DNA from: Octopus sinensis
Lineage: Eukaryota
Direction of reading: 5' to 3'
Assembly (NCBI RefSeq): GCF_006345805.1
Contig: NC_043005.1
Location: 67,270,001 to 67,334,000, forward strand
Length of the DNA stretch: 64,000 bases
Part shown: in pieces, positions 11,961 to 26,106 of the stretch
Layout of the letters: each line of letters begins with the position of its first letter
Numbering within the stretch: position 1 is the first letter of the stretch
Made by a program: the position numbers and the translations under genes
The notes under the pieces: generated by a model
Seen by the model: the letters and a program-made list of their open reading frames with translations, nothing else
Told to the model about the DNA's origin: nothing
The model's database searches: none

Positions 11961-13189
11961 CAAACAACATTAGAACATTAAATGAAATAAGGTGTTTATT
12001 ACAGGAGGGAAGGCGTGGATTAGAACAGATTAGTAAAAGCTTAGAGGCTAGTTAATATTATGAAGGGTGTTTCGCTGAAGGGTTAAAGCAACTTTAATGA
12101 GATCAATGGCCATATAATAAGAAACGCAGGCATTGGATGAGGTGTGTGAGTTTAAGATAGCAGAGGAGAAATTCTGTTATATAGGACAGTGTAAAGTTAG
12201 AGGATAGTCTGTTAAAATGAGGAAATAGGGAATTTCTTTAGATTTCAAAAGTTTTTAAAGTGCAGTTGATGGAAAGGAAGAAAGTGCAAGAATAGGTTAG
12301 CGGTCTTTGATAAGGAAAATTGTGAATTACAAAGATGAACAGCTATGCGGGCTAGTTAGCGCCTTTAAAATACAGTGTGGTAATGGCTATCTCCTTCAAT
12401 AACACGAGATAACACCGAATGAGTGCTCTCATACTTCAATTGTGAATGAAATAGTATACATTGTGTAACGAAAACATTCCACTTGCTGGCGATTTCGATA
12501 TCACAAAATCTGACGCAGTGTGTGTTGTCTCGATGAGATCCTGGGTAGTGTTTCTCCTTGGAAATTAACCAACATTCTCAGATTCCATAACATCAAAATA
12601 GAAAAGAATACAGTCTAATAAATCGCTACTGAAACGGATTCAGAGAGAAAACCATTGGTGTTGAGGTGAATCTTTGTACAACACATATGTCCACTAATAT
12701 TGGCTTGCGACGATGCAAAAGGATGCTTCACATAATCAATGAGAACAAAACTTACAAGGTACCAATGAATTTCATGACTTCTGCCATGTTCACAATTCTA
12801 AAATGTTACCTCGTAGGATCACACCCACAAGCCAGTAGTGGAGTGTTGAAACTCTGTATAAAGATAGAGGGAAATCATAAAATTCGTGTGTGTATAGGTG
12901 TACTTCATTTAGTGATCACTTCTATTACAAGAGAGGTAATTATTTCTTCATAATATTTAGTGGAATTTCAAACTAGAATTTAAAATTAGGAAATTATAAG
13001 GAAAAAGATTCATGGATTTCGCATGCATATATTGTTTTACTTAGTCGATGATAATCAGATATAGCAGTAATTCGTTCTTTTTCCGGAATAATTAAGTAGT
13101 TTATGAAATAAAACACGTCATTTGAAGAATGGGAATCTAGAGGAAATGAATGAAATGAGCGTTATATTTTCTTTCTTCATAAGGCATTA

Positions 13190-13830
13190 GTATTTTAGGA
13201 GAAACGTTAGACTTTATGTTGGGGATAATGATTATTTGTTGGGAATTTTACCGTATGCTCGCAACGGCTGAAAATTTCAGACCTAGATTTCAGTAGAGAG
13301 TTAGGGATCTTAGATCTGAACAGGATCTGCGCTGTTTCAGTTAAACAAAGCATACATTTATTCGATTCTTTAACATAAGATATGGATTCTAAATTATTTT
13401 CCACTTAATCACATTTGGTGTTTCGTTCTCTCAAACTTCATAGGAAGCTAGCAAGCTTAGTAGCTTTCCTTTTGCGCTTATATCGGAAGGAGGCACAGCG
13501 ATTTAAAATTTTTCTTTCATGTAATCCAATACAAGTCTTCTTATCAGTTTTATTATTTAGGATTACAGTAACTTCTGCTTCATAAATGATAGCTTTAATC
13601 ATACATCGTTGCTAAAGTGTACAGGATCCTGGGTCGCGACAGTTACAACTAGATTTAAGCTGCTGGTATTGATCACGTGTAGTCATATTCTTCATGCTGG
13701 GACAGCATCTATATGATAATTTAATAGAACGGCTATTAAATATTTTCCTGTGTCTGTGAGTAGCTGGAAAATGTTTGTCTAGGAGAAACACTTTTCCATA
13801 TTTGAATAGTATTCCCATCGTAATCTGTAA
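13190..13830 (-). mobile_element. Penelope-like element, linker plus GIY-YIG remnant (possibly extending to about 14300)
   Basis: ORFs 13612-13818 (GKVFLLDKHFPATHRHRKIFNSRSIKLSY...CNCRDPGSC) and 13207-13404 (CMLCLTE...LLKSRSEIFSRCEH). Confidence 0.8.
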
Positions 13831-15086
13831 AACTGGCCCGCCTGAAGATGTAATTATTTCTTAGACCCCCACATGTCGATACAGTTCTGAGTAATATTTT
13901 TTTTTTGGCAAATGTTTACGCTGTTTTTCTGTAGGGTAAATTAAAATGCCAGGATATAAATGTTTATGCATGGTGTCTACAGTAAAATTTTCATTTTGAA
14001 TTGAAGATATTCAGTCTTTTATCTCTTAGGAAATATTTCTATGTTGCAGAAATTGTTTCATTGTGTAATATTTTTGTTAAGCATATTCAATGCTGTTATT
14101 TTCTGTCAATCTCCAAACGGTTCTTTCTTGTATATGATGTAAAATTTTCCGCAACATCGCATAACATTTGCAGATGTATTTCAAAAAGATATATGCGCTT
14201 TCAGATACACAATAACAACACTTGGAGCAGAAATTAAAATATAGTTGAAACTAGAAAGTTTTATGATAGTCTCCAGAATATATAATTTTATAGTTGGATA
14301 CGCTTATCACTGAATATCATAAATATCCATATTACCAAGCGCTTGCTATTATAAGTTCATAGACTCCTCCGCCACAAACAAACACACAAACTAAAAAAAT
14401 ATACACACCTTCACAAACGTATGTAACGTCATCTGGAGATAATGAAATAATATCTATATAATCAGGTAAAGTTTTAAATTTAGTTGTTTATTGGAATGAT
14501 AATTAGCGTTCGAATGTGTGTTTATTATCGTATATGTACTTATTTGCATAGTATTCATACATACCCGTTCACATGTTTATATATATATAAATGCATAACT
14601 ATGACCGTTTACGAATTTATTGTAACTTTCTTGTGAGTCAATGTGAGGAGGTGGTTTATCATAAAAAAAACATACGCTCACGGGGATCTGATAATCTATA
14701 GACAGTCATTTTTGATTTTCAGTTTTATTGATAGCAAATACATTAAAGATTATACATTATCAAAAACTATTACTGTGCCATCGGTATAAATAAATATATG
14801 CATAAATTTATACACCTGTGTTTATAGGCGTGTTTGTGCATTTGTGTGCGTATGTGTATATGCAAACGCGTATGTGTCAGAGAGACAGCGTGAAAGAGTG
14901 AGACGGTTAAATAACTATATTTGATTGAATTTATTGATTAAAAATATCATCAGATATTTTCCTCCCCAAAATGCCTAATAATGCAATTATGATTTTTAAT
15001 ACCAAATATCCATCGCATAATAAACACACAAATACTCAAATACACAAACACGCACACACACATGCATACAAGCATACGTACATACA

Positions 15087-15155
<69 letters not shown>

Positions 15156-15369
15156 CGTGAATATGTATATTTATATATATACATATATATGTGTATATAT
15201 ATGTATGTATGTATTGATATAGACATATACGTTGGTCTCTTCATCTCTCTAGATATTCAGATAATAGCAGTTTAAGCACAAAAAATAAATTAGTCAACAT
15301 ATTCCATATTAAGAGTAATTTCATATACTGCCCTGCTGAATAATATAATACCAGACTGCTTTGAGTGCA

Positions 15370-15750
<381 letters not shown>

Positions 15751-16429
15751 TGTATATGTTATGCGGTAGAGTATGGTCTGATATATTCAGTATCAATATT
15801 ATTGAATATTCTATCGAAATACGTGAATAAAATTCATATGGTACATAATAACATCGATTCACTTTTTAAAATTAGACCTACGTTCGAAAACATATTCCAG
15901 TTAAGAAGAAGAGTATAAAATATTGCATTAAAATCTCCCCTCTTTTTTTTTCTTTCACGTGCAGGTATTATTTTATTTTTGTTTTGTCACTTAAGAGTTG
16001 GGAAAAAAACCTCCGAAAGTGGATTTCGCGAAAATTGCCATTTATGTGCATATATTTGCGTATTTAAATACTAAACATTTTTTATGTATTACTGATATAC
16101 ATACTTGATAAATGCTTATATTTAAGAAAGTCATGTACGACCCTATCTGTATTGTAAGTATACCTACACTTTGCAGAATATCATTTTATAATGTAACAAA
16201 CTCCATTGGTCTTTTCATTCTGCTAATAATTTTAAGAAAAAATCTGACTTGAACATTAAAGACCATGTGGGGTTGCTACAGTCCTTGATAATATATGCCT
16301 GAATCTAAAAGCTGAAGCAGCCTTGGTTAGAATTCTCTGTGTTCGTATATAACCTGGAATGGAACATAAACATTTATATTGCGTAGCAGATTTCTTAACG
16401 AAATGACTATTATGCTCTGCGCAGTTAGT

Positions 16430-16565
16430 AATGAGGCAGAATCCAGTTTGATTTTAACAGTTATTTTTCACAGCTATAATGGAAGTAACTGAGGAGCATA
16501 TTCGGCATATATTGCTTTATGATTTCAATAAAGACAACAGCGCTACGGAAAGTGTGAAGAACTTC
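16430..16565 (+). mobile_element. Mariner transposase 5' fragment
   Basis: Translates MEVTEEHIRHILLYDFNKDNSATESVK. Same family as the fragment at 47775-48143. Confidence 0.75.
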
Positions 16566-17200
16566 GAAGCCTTACAATTACAAGTATAACGCACATTCAC
16601 GCACGCACACATGCAGTCCTTTAAACTCGTGTGAGCAGAAAAGTAAGACAATATAAAGCGTAAGAAGGGCGTCCAAATTCTACTTAAGGCGCTAGAAAAT
16701 AATGCTAGCTGGAAAAGTGGAATATGTGTACCACTGACAAAAGTGTATTCCTGAAAAAATTTGAAATACAGAGAATTTCAGTGCGATTCCAAAATCGAAG
16801 TCAAAACAAACATTAAATATCAGAATATAGAATACAAAGAGATGCACTTCTGGAAACTCACCACAAAAGTTACAACGAGCAGAAATAAATTTTTTTCTGT
16901 TTACCACGAAGAAATTCGTTGCATGAGATGTTTAAATTCTGCAGAGAAGAAAGCATAGCTGCTTTCATACAACATTACCCTTTTTTACATGGGGGAGATA
17001 TCAGCAGGAATAATTCTGCTATATGATATTACTTTTTTTTATAATTGCTATAGTAATAGAAAGGTTTTTACATTAACTCTTGTACCATACTGAAATGCCA
17101 GTGACATTTCTTTGAGGGTATTACAAGTCGTGATGATGTTATCATGTAATATCAAATGCGTGTAGAAGTACACTTTTGATACCAATTGTTGCCACTCCAA

Positions 17201-17390
17201 TCAATGTAGTGAAGATGAAGTATTGCTTTTCCTTCTATTCGATGCTTGTTTAAACGGTTTTGATCTTGATTGTGGTATCGCGCTGAGTCTCTTTTTTTTC
17301 CCTCTACCTCGCCAGTCTACCATTCCTCTGTCAGTGTCACGGAGTACTTCTTCACGTTTCAGCGACTGGATTGGCGGAAGTAATTTATCT
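17201..17390 (-). CDS. Candidate terminal coding exon of an unidentified gene
   Basis: Acceptor ttctatttag, phase 2. Reads DKLLPPIQSLKREEVLRDTDRGMVDWRGRGKKKRLSAIPQSRSKPFKQASNRRKSNTSSSLH-stop. GC-richer than flanks and not repeat-like. Confidence 0.5.
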
Positions 17391-17689
17391 CTAAATAGAA
17401 CTAACAAACTGACATAATTTCACTAATCTTCCTCTTATTGTGTTACTTCTGTTAGGCTATGTGTACGTAAGCTTTTATGTGCATGTAGTCGGGCAAAATG
17501 TAAGTACGATGAATGATCAACTAATTGTAAGCTCTTCCCTTATATGCTTATTTTTTCTTTTATTATGCATCACGGTGAAGTTTTCTTCATTGCCATATGG
17601 TTTTCTTTTATCCGATTGAGGAACAGGTTGTACATAGAGAAAACTCTACCACAACTGGCTACTGGATGCACTAGAGATTACTGAATTGT

Positions 17690-18290
17690 TCCAAAGCTTC
17701 GGGAATAAGCATGATTATCCATTTGTACAATATGATGTCTGTATTATAATTCTTTAATATATCCTATACTATTGAATAAGGTCCAAATATTCGCTAAGCA
17801 GAACACTAGTCTATCTACGTCTGATATTGTCATAATCGTAGCTGCAAGTAATACACAAATAAATTATGATGGTAAACTCCGGACAAGATCTGATAGAATA
17901 GAGGGTTTAGATATAAAAATGGGGTTCCGGAAGAACATTGTATAGAGTTACATAGTCTGGACTCAAACAAAAGAATTTACATATATAGGTGAAGTTTCAA
18001 AACGCGATGGTATAACTGATTTCAGCATTTCAAAGACAAAAAGTGCAACACATCTCTCGACAACCCACCGAAAACAAAAGGCAACGCAACATCTGGTCAG
18101 TGACAAAAACTACGAACCCGTACAATACAAACACAAGAATATGCAATAAGACCGTGTGTGTCTTACTGTACGAGAATGAATGGACTATCAGACACTCTGA
18201 GAATATTATGAGGAATAACCATATACTTAGCAAAATTCTCAAGGAATTCTTGAGAATATATTTAACACAGGATCTTTAATTAGATTATTA
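17690..18290 (+). mobile_element. Penelope-like element, GIY-YIG remnant
   Basis: KNIV, FTYIG, FKTRWYN (frameshifted), then IWSVTKTTNPYNTNTRICNK. Motif order matches 10700-11330 and 53.8-54.2 kb. Confidence 0.7.
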
Positions 18291-19680
18291 ACATAAGTGA
18301 ATAACATATCCCTGAATCCTTCTATAACCAGATGGGTTTCATATATCAACGTCACTATTTCTGTAGGGATTTATATTAACATATGCGGAAATACCCGTGT
18401 TTATCTATGATTGTTGAATTATCTTTCAACAATATGGTAAATTTTCATTTTTAATTTTAGCTTGTATATTATTGATTATCGTATTGATGATATATGTAAC
18501 GTATATATGCATATATGTGTGTATTTGTGTGTACGTGTGTGTGTATGCGTGTGTGTATGCATGCATGTATGTATGTACGTATGTATGTAGATGGAAGTGT
18601 GTGTGCTTGCATTTATGAATATAAAAGAATGGAAAGTGATTGCTTGTTCCCTAACCATTCAAAATTTTAATTACTAGCTTTATTTATCAGCTTATTTCAT
18701 CAATAGACACACATCGTCGTAGTGGGTGAACAAGATAGACATAATTGCCCGCAAGCCCCTTGTATATCAGTTAGAGGCGAACTTTTGAACTTTTGTGGTC
18801 AGACGACCTAATGACCTTAGGAGAGTCACTAGTTAATAAGACATAAGGATCTTCAGACACAAATTATGTTAAATTATTGGTTTATCTAGGTTTTGATACC
18901 TTTTCCTTCCACTTTTGTTCTTTTTGCACCGCATTGCTTGACGTGTTTGAATTGTGGGTTTACGATGTGAGGGTATTTGGGTTTTTTTTAACTAATATCT
19001 AATAATGGAGTGATAATAATAGCATGAACGTGGGATATATATTCTGTGAAATAAGGCTTAATTCATTAAATATTTGTACATGCACCTGAAGAATCAGCTC
19101 TTACCAATATTTTTGAAATAACAACGATACGATCTATTATTTCATATATCATACAAAAATATTTCGGCAATGATCGTCTGTTAAAGTGAAGATGAAACAA
19201 TTGTAGCGTTATGCAATAAAAACGTTTTGCTCAATATTTTATAGATAGTCATGTATATATTCAATGGATATTCACAGATTCCTAAAATATCTTCAATAAT
19301 AAGATTGGTACTTCACTGTGTGTGTGTGTGTGTGTTGGATTGTAAATATATACACAAGAAAATATGTATGTTCAAATATCAATAATAGAGCCTTTCATAG
19401 CTCAACTCAACATACAATTAAAATGTATTTCAACTTTATCGGGCACGTTGAATTATACAGTAAATGTTGCCAAGTCAGAAACCTTCTTTAGTAAAGCCCC
19501 CTCAATATTGTTTATTCACCCAAAGCACTGCTAAAATATTTGGCACAAAATAGTGAAAACTATTTCCTTAATGTTCAGTCAAACGGATCTAATATTCTAA
19601 CACATTGCAATTAATCATTTCACCTTGATGACAACATGTAGGAAAACTGAAATTTCATCCTCTCCCTTCTCAACACTTAC

Positions 19681-19777
19681 CTAAGCATGGCTAAAATGCC
19701 GCGTCTTCTCTTTAAATTGACCAGACAAAAGCCAATACGAATAACTCCGAATAATATCGGATAAATGGCTTTCGAGG
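19681..19777 (-). CDS. Candidate internal coding exon (97 nt, phase 1 to 2)
   Basis: Consensus donor AG|GTAAGT and acceptor ctag. Open frame SKAIYPILFGVIRIGFCLVNLKRRRGILAML joins in frame to 17390. Confidence 0.5.
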
Positions 19778-21252
19778 CTAGCGTTTAATATCGAACAGAT
19801 ATAAATATATAGAAGCAAAAGTGTGTGCATACATACGTGCATACACACACTCATTATTCATACACGAAAAATTCACACACACACACACACACACACATAC
19901 ACATGCACTTACACACCAACCTCACGTACATACCCACTTACTCAAACGTCACACACAAACACGCTTTATGTCAGAAAACATTAACTACATTGCTACGTTT
20001 GCTCAGTTTTCATTTATGATCTGTAGACAGCAATTACATAAATTTGTGTCGAGATTAATCTAACATTGAACGTGGAACGTATATGGTGATATATTTAGAA
20101 TACATGTGGATATAGACAGAAATAATACACATCAAAGAGAATCAAACATATCCAGGTACTCAGATTCATTATGTATCATTTCTCACCTTACACACACACA
20201 TATATGTATATATGCATATACATATTGTTTCAGTACGTACACACCAACTTTTCATTCGGTGTACGATAAATACACAAAACAGCAATCGTAATTTTCAAAA
20301 TATATCATTCAGAAACTACATACGTTCGCTCTTTCCGACATCAAGATTGGCGAATTCATTCACGCGAACTGAATAAATTCACAAATATTGGAATCGGAAA
20401 TACATTCGATCAATAGAAACATTTCGCAATTGGTTAAATAAACAAAAGAACTCTCATAACGACGTAAAAACAAAAATACGTATGTGCATGTATGCTATTA
20501 CTCTGCTGTGCATATGTATGTCTATAAAAGGGGAGTAAATCATGAGCGACTAGTTCGCAGAGCGCAAAAAAATGATTTTGACATCTACTAGTATATAATT
20601 AATATCATAAAATCGGTATATTTATACATTTATACTTGCATACATACGTACATGCATTCATACGCGTATGCATAACTGCATATATACAAACATTTATATT
20701 CATACACACATGCATACGTGTACCGTAGAAGAATTGGAAATGAAAAGTTATACAAATGATACACTGTACAAAATACAAACACACAGGCTAATAAATGTAT
20801 TGCAGAATTGTATTAACGGTCGATCACATTAGAAGTGACAGTTTTACCGTCAATCGGTTCATTGCCTGATGAACTTGAGGTGGCTTAATATCATTATATG
20901 CTTAACCGATTGGCTGTGAAACAGGCCGGTATAATGTGAATCAGATAATCCAGCATCTGAATAAAACTAAACATACACACACACACACTTTATATATATA
21001 TATATACGTAAGTGTTTCTGTTGATCTCTGTATTACTTTAAATATCTTTGCATGCATGCGTGCCAAAATTGTGTTTTTGTGAGTATATGTTTCTGTATAG
21101 GAATGTGCTCTTGGCGCATGCACCAACAACAATCTATGTAGGTCAATAAAAGCTTGTGTATATTAATATGCACATACATAATACTAAATAAACACACAGA
21201 AACACGCGCACAAATATTGATACATTTATATATTGATATATTTATAATCGAG

Positions 21253-21479
21253 GGCGGCGAGCTGGCAGAAACGTTAGCACGCCGGGCGAAATGCGTAGCC
21301 GTATTTCGTCTGCCGTTCTGAGTTCAAATTCTGCCGAGGTCGATTTTTGCATTTCATCCTTTCGGGGTCGATAAATTAAGTACCAGTTACGCACTGGGGT
21401 CGATGTAATCGACTTAATCCCTTTGTCTGTCCTTGTTTGTCCCCTCTGTGTTTAGGCCGTTGTGGGCAATTAAGAAATA
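21253..21479 (+). mobile_element. SINE family A with 15-bp target-site duplication
   Basis: gatatatttataatc at 21235-21249 and 21480-21494. Confidence 0.9.
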
Positions 21480-21744
21480 GATATATTTATAATCAATATA
21501 TATGTGTGTGAGCTGAAATAATAGAAGTTACTTATGAGCATTGAATTCTATCATGCATTGCCCCAAAATACATTGAGAGTTTTTTCATTTGAAAATACCT
21601 CAGCGGCACTCTTACTGAGCCTTGAAAAAAATTTGGGAAGGAACGATTTAATAGTTGCCCAGTGCATTTTGCGAATAACCTCAGGGGAATATAATGGGTT
21701 GCATCTACAAAAAACTATAAATAATATGTATGTATGTTTGTTAT

Positions 21745-22200
21745 ATAGAGGTCGCGTAAGATTTTTTAGGACAAATTTCTTTTTAGAGAAAAGCTTACAA
21801 ATAATAATAGAAAAGAAATTTATTAATGAAAGTATTTGTACTATAAACTAGATTATAGTTTTTATATAGTCTTATTCAAAGCAACCATTCCTGCATTAAT
21901 AACTGCTACCATGCGAGATTTGAATCTTCATGCCCGAAGCTCCTGCTTCACATCGGATATAACTTTGGCTATGGTAGGTTTCATAGTATCCTTAGTCTTA
22001 TGGGGATGTTGGTTGACCTTGTGATCTGATGAGTTTGGAAATCAAAAGCTAGGTTTTTATGTGTTCGTGAAAATTGTCAGTCAACCATTTTTGAGTTGAT
22101 TGAGGCTAATGTGATGAGGCAGAGTCCTGTTCAAACACGTACGGCTGGTTGTTGCTGGCTTTTTCGGCGTAAGCTTGCATGTTATGGTAAATAGTACATC
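21745..22200 (-). mobile_element. DD37D/maT (Tc1/mariner superfamily) transposase 3' remnant
   Basis: Minus strand reads NQPYVFEQDSASSH...TQKWLTDNFHEHI (QQDSAPxH-type motif). The C-terminus resembles RFKSRMVAVINAG. Confidence 0.65.
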
Positions 22201-22930
22201 TGTACGTGTCAACGAGTGAGTTGCAATGGTATCTGATAGGCTATGTGGTGTTTAAGTAAGCAGATGTCCTGTAGACTTTCAGTTATACGATTCGCTAACG
22301 TCCGTTACGATTTGTTAACATCTTCAAAGTATCGGAGACTGCAGAACAGACATTTAAGACAGTAAATAATATCAACAGCGGTACAGGTGAATTAGCTAGG
22401 AGCAAGGAAGGTGCGGTAGGTGAGTTCAAAGAGGACAGCAAGTAAAGAAGTGCGTCGTTATGGAATATGTGAGCGGTAACAGACTAAGTGAAACCGTCAG
22501 TGATTGCTTAGGATGAGCCATTGAAAATATAAGAGGTTTGTGTGGAAGTCGAGGGAGTGCGCTAACGGATAAAGCCACGAAACGGTGTTGCTTGGAGGTG
22601 GGAGGAATGTGAGTGCGGTGGTAGACGTTGTTGACGATAGCTACGACTAGACAAAATGGAAAGCAGCGAGTGAAGTTGTGTGTGAATGGCGATATAGGGA
22701 GACAGAATATTTTGCGGATACACGCTCACACCCTGACATACACCCCGCCCCTTTCATATACACATTGCACTCATACATTTTAAGCATCACATTTTGACAC
22801 AGGTGTTGATGGATATTTGCTAAGCACTTTCCGGTATGATATTTTTATGATTTTCCTGTATGTAAAACATAGAAGAATGTAAATAGAAGAGATCATTGAC
22901 ATTCTCAATGACAGCAACGTTGGATTTTAC

Positions 22931-22997
22931 CGCAAGGAATTCTTGCAAGGCTTCTCTTGATAAATACAGAATATAATGCTAGAATGTAAAACAAAAG
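22931..22997 (-). CDS. Candidate internal coding exon (67 nt, phase 0 to 1)
   Basis: Acceptor ctttcatttgcag, donor GCG|gtaaaa. Reads LLFYILALYSVFIKRSLARIPC and bridges the phases of 40297 and 19777. Confidence 0.3.
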
Positions 22998-23158
22998 CTG
23001 CAAATGAAAGTTTATAAGCATTTGGTTCAATAATATCTATGTGTATATATTCACACAGAAATACAAGCACACGCAGATGAACCGATGCATACAACCGTAT
23101 ATTACATGCATACGCTTCTCACACAAATCTATCTATTTAGTTATAAGCTTATCTCTTA

Positions 23159-23770
23159 TACAGGATGTTCGTGCTAAATTTGAGGATTTTTAGGTCTTCT
23201 ATTTTACAGAAATTGCTTGATGTATCGGTGAACAACCAACGGCGTTGGAAAGCATAACGTTTACAATTGTAGGTGAGAAAACGTTTGCTGATACGGAAGA
23301 CGGGACGTCATCTGAATATCGGAAAGAAGTTACCTGTTTCATGTTGATTTGTATCGGAAACCAAAATACCGATATCATGCCTGCTGTTCAAGGCTCTAGG
23401 AACGCTGTAAACGCTGCAAGATGTGAGATGGACATCGGGAAATCCAAGTTCCCTCAAACTGTGATTGTCCTTGGGTGTGTATCTGGTGAAGACGACTTCA
23501 TTGTGTCACACATCTTAGGACAGGAACTCAGGATCAGTTTAAACAGCTATATGAAGCTGTTGGAGTCGGTTTCCAAACCCTGCCGCTGGAAAGTCATATG
23601 TGCGGCAGTAGAATTGGGTTCCTTACCATACCTCCCGAGAGAGCAGAAATTGTTTTCAAAGAATTTTTATAACTTCAACAGCTTCAATTTCTGGCTTCGC
23701 AATACCCTCGATTGTAATCCCATGGATTGCAATTCGGGAAATTTGGAGGCCAGAAATTGTACTTGTTCTC
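23159..23770 (+). mobile_element. DD37D/maT transposase remnant, internally deleted
   Basis: ORF 23245-23835 contains KFPQTVIVLGCVSGE...NFWLRNTLDCNPMD (WPPNSPDCNPMD-like). Begins TA|CAGGATG at 23159. Confidence 0.75.
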
Positions 23771-23889
23771 CACAGGTTTGTGTATTATGTTGTACTTCTA
23801 AAATATTACTTTATCTTCTTATTATAAGTACGTAACCGGTTATATTACACTAATACATACAAAGAGACATATATATATGCGTATGCGAG

Positions 23890-24100
23890 TGTGTGGCTTT
23901 GTGTCTGCTTGTTCACAACCACAGCTTGAAACCTGGCACTGGTCTATTTAATTCCTGGTAATTTAGCCGCTCGGTAACACGGACCGATGAATAAGTTCTA
24001 GGCTTAAAACTATACTGGGTCGCTACTTTCAACTAAATCTTCTTCAAGAGGCAGTGCTCAAGCATGACCGCATAACGATGACTGAAAAAGTAAAAGATAA
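23890..24100 (+). mobile_element. Old SINE family B, 3' part
   Basis: Degenerate tail ggcagtgctcaagcatgaccgca...gatgactgaaaagtaaaag. Confidence 0.55.
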
Positions 24101-24138
24101 AATATATATATGAATATGGTATGTCATCTGTTCTTGTT

Positions 24139-24220
24139 TTCCTCTGACGAAGGAGTAATTATCGTAATTTACCCTCGTGCATTAAATACGGTAATGAACC
24201 CCTGAAATGTCCATAGGGAA
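24139..24220 (+). ncRNA. Type I hammerhead ribozyme with extended stem II
   Basis: Stem I UUCCU 24139-43 / GGGAA 24216-20, core CUGACGA 24144-50, stem II AGG/CCU plus inner hairpin 24158-70 / 24184-95, GAA 24204-06, stem III AUG-uc-CAU, cleavage triplet AUA ending 24215. Confidence 0.7.
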
Positions 24221-25699
24221 TGTAAATATGGTTTCTTCTTTTTTGCTTGGACACTGGCTTTTCATAATAGGTTTTCCCCTTATCTTAAAAAGTAATTTTT
24301 AATCGGAACATTTCTAAACGATGAACTTTTATCTTACCTTATATATTATATATTTATGTTTCCTATATATATATATGTATTTTTATATATTTATATATTT
24401 CTTTATATTTTTTATATATTTATTATTCTAGAGGTTATAATGTTAATTTTGTTAGTCGCTAAAGTATTAATTATTAATTCTTAATCGAGATAGACTGTAC
24501 TCACACATTTCTCTTATATGCTTGTATAAATGAATTATGTTTCATCTTCTGTGATTTTATGCATCTATATTCTATGTGTAAGAAAAAGCATTATGTGATT
24601 AAATGTTCGAGATGTGATATTTTACGTTGATGATCTTATATTTGTTTTTTCTGCAACCATAGTTTACCATATTTGTCTCATTTACTTGAGCACTTCTATA
24701 GCAGTCCTATTGAACATTTTGTTCCTGATAAGAAACAATCACTTTATTATTGATATATAATGTACAGAAAACGAAAGACAAAGACAGGTGAGGGAAAAAC
24801 AAGCTGGCATATTAGTTCGCCCTTCCGAGAATTTTGTGCTTAAGGTGACTTGGCACCAAATCTTAGATTCATTCCGTTGGTGCATTGTTAGTTCTATCAA
24901 GAAATGTGAAGAAGGTAGTATAATTTTTACATAATTGCAATTCATTGCTTTACATTTTACTTTTTCATTGAGAACTGTGCTTGTCTCTTGTTTTTTATTC
25001 AAGGACTTTACAATATTTTTTGTCATGAATTTTATCGAAGTGTGTATACGTGCACACATCTTCCTATTTGCTATTTATATAAACGTCAATTAGTATTTGG
25101 AACTATGTAAACATATATGAATGTGTCTGCTGAGAAAATATAAAGCAGAATTGATTTAAGCGTTTGTGATATTTTCATGTGTGACAATGGAAGCTGTCCT
25201 TTCTGTCGAATCCCTGGCTCAAATATTGAAAGGAATCTTATTATAAGCCATTCCTTTCCTTCGTTGCGAGGAACGCTGCATTTTTTGGAAATTTTCATGG
25301 ATTATCGCTATTGTTGAAAATCGAATTCCAGACTGAATCCCCACCCCTTTCTTTTCAGTTAAAAAAGTGTTTAAAAATAGAATCAGGATATTGATTTTAT
25401 CAACATTCCTGAGATATTCAGAACAAAATATTTTTACGTCTTAAATGTGAAACGAACATAAAAAAAAATTCCTGAAATTTTTTTTAATGAATTATTTCGA
25501 GAATCTCGAATAAAATATTAAAAAACGAAACTCAAATTGATATTTTAAATATTTCTTTCAAATTAGCATAATGAAGGAAACGGATTTGATATTTTTATTT
25601 TCATTCTTCCTATATTTGTCATATTTTATGAGAATAATTTTCAAGTTAATATTTATAAGACATCTTACGTTCCAGAAGAGATTTTTCCCAACGATTTGC

Positions 25700-25891
25700 T
25701 CTCTTTTTTCACTCTTTCCCTTGTTTCAGTCATTTGACTGTGGCCAGGCTGGAGCACCGCCTTTAGTCGAGCAAATCGATCCCAGGACTTATTCTTTGCA
25801 AGCCTAGTACTTATTCTATCGGTCCCTTTTGCCGAACCAGCATCGGTTGTCAAATGATGTTGGGGGAACAAACAGAGAGACACACACACAC

Positions 25892-25940
<49 letters not shown>

Positions 25941-26106
25941 TACGACGGGCTTCTTTCAGTTCCCGTCTACCAAATCCCCTCATATCGTTTTGGTCGGCCC
26001 GAAGCTATAGTAGAAGACACTTGCCCAAGGTGCCATGCAGTGGGACTGAACCCGGGACCATGTGGTTGGTAAGCAAGCTACTTACCACACAGCCACTCCT
26101 ACGCCT
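25700..26106 (-). mobile_element. SINE family B
   Basis: Matches 6224-6632 and 49120-49525, with a small internal deletion. Confidence 0.9.

Noticed and set aside
11990-12900. Possible L2/CR1 3' remnants (also 22300-22720, 51200-51390, 58900-59100, 63430-63700)
   Set aside because: Only faint motif echoes (e.g. LLYAD, DRWK). Not enough to assign family or boundaries by eye.
20545-20595. Helitron 3' end (gcga-ctagt-tcgc hairpin, then CTAG)
   Set aside because: The stem is only 4 bp and too far from CTAG, and no 5' end was identified.
21253-21330. tRNA genes
   Set aside because: The A/B-box sequences here and in the other copies are SINE heads that continue into SINE bodies. I saw no complete cloverleaf.
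24739-25298. ORFs 24739-25059 and 25086-25298 as host exons
   Set aside because: One has a good acceptor but neither has a credible donor before the stop.
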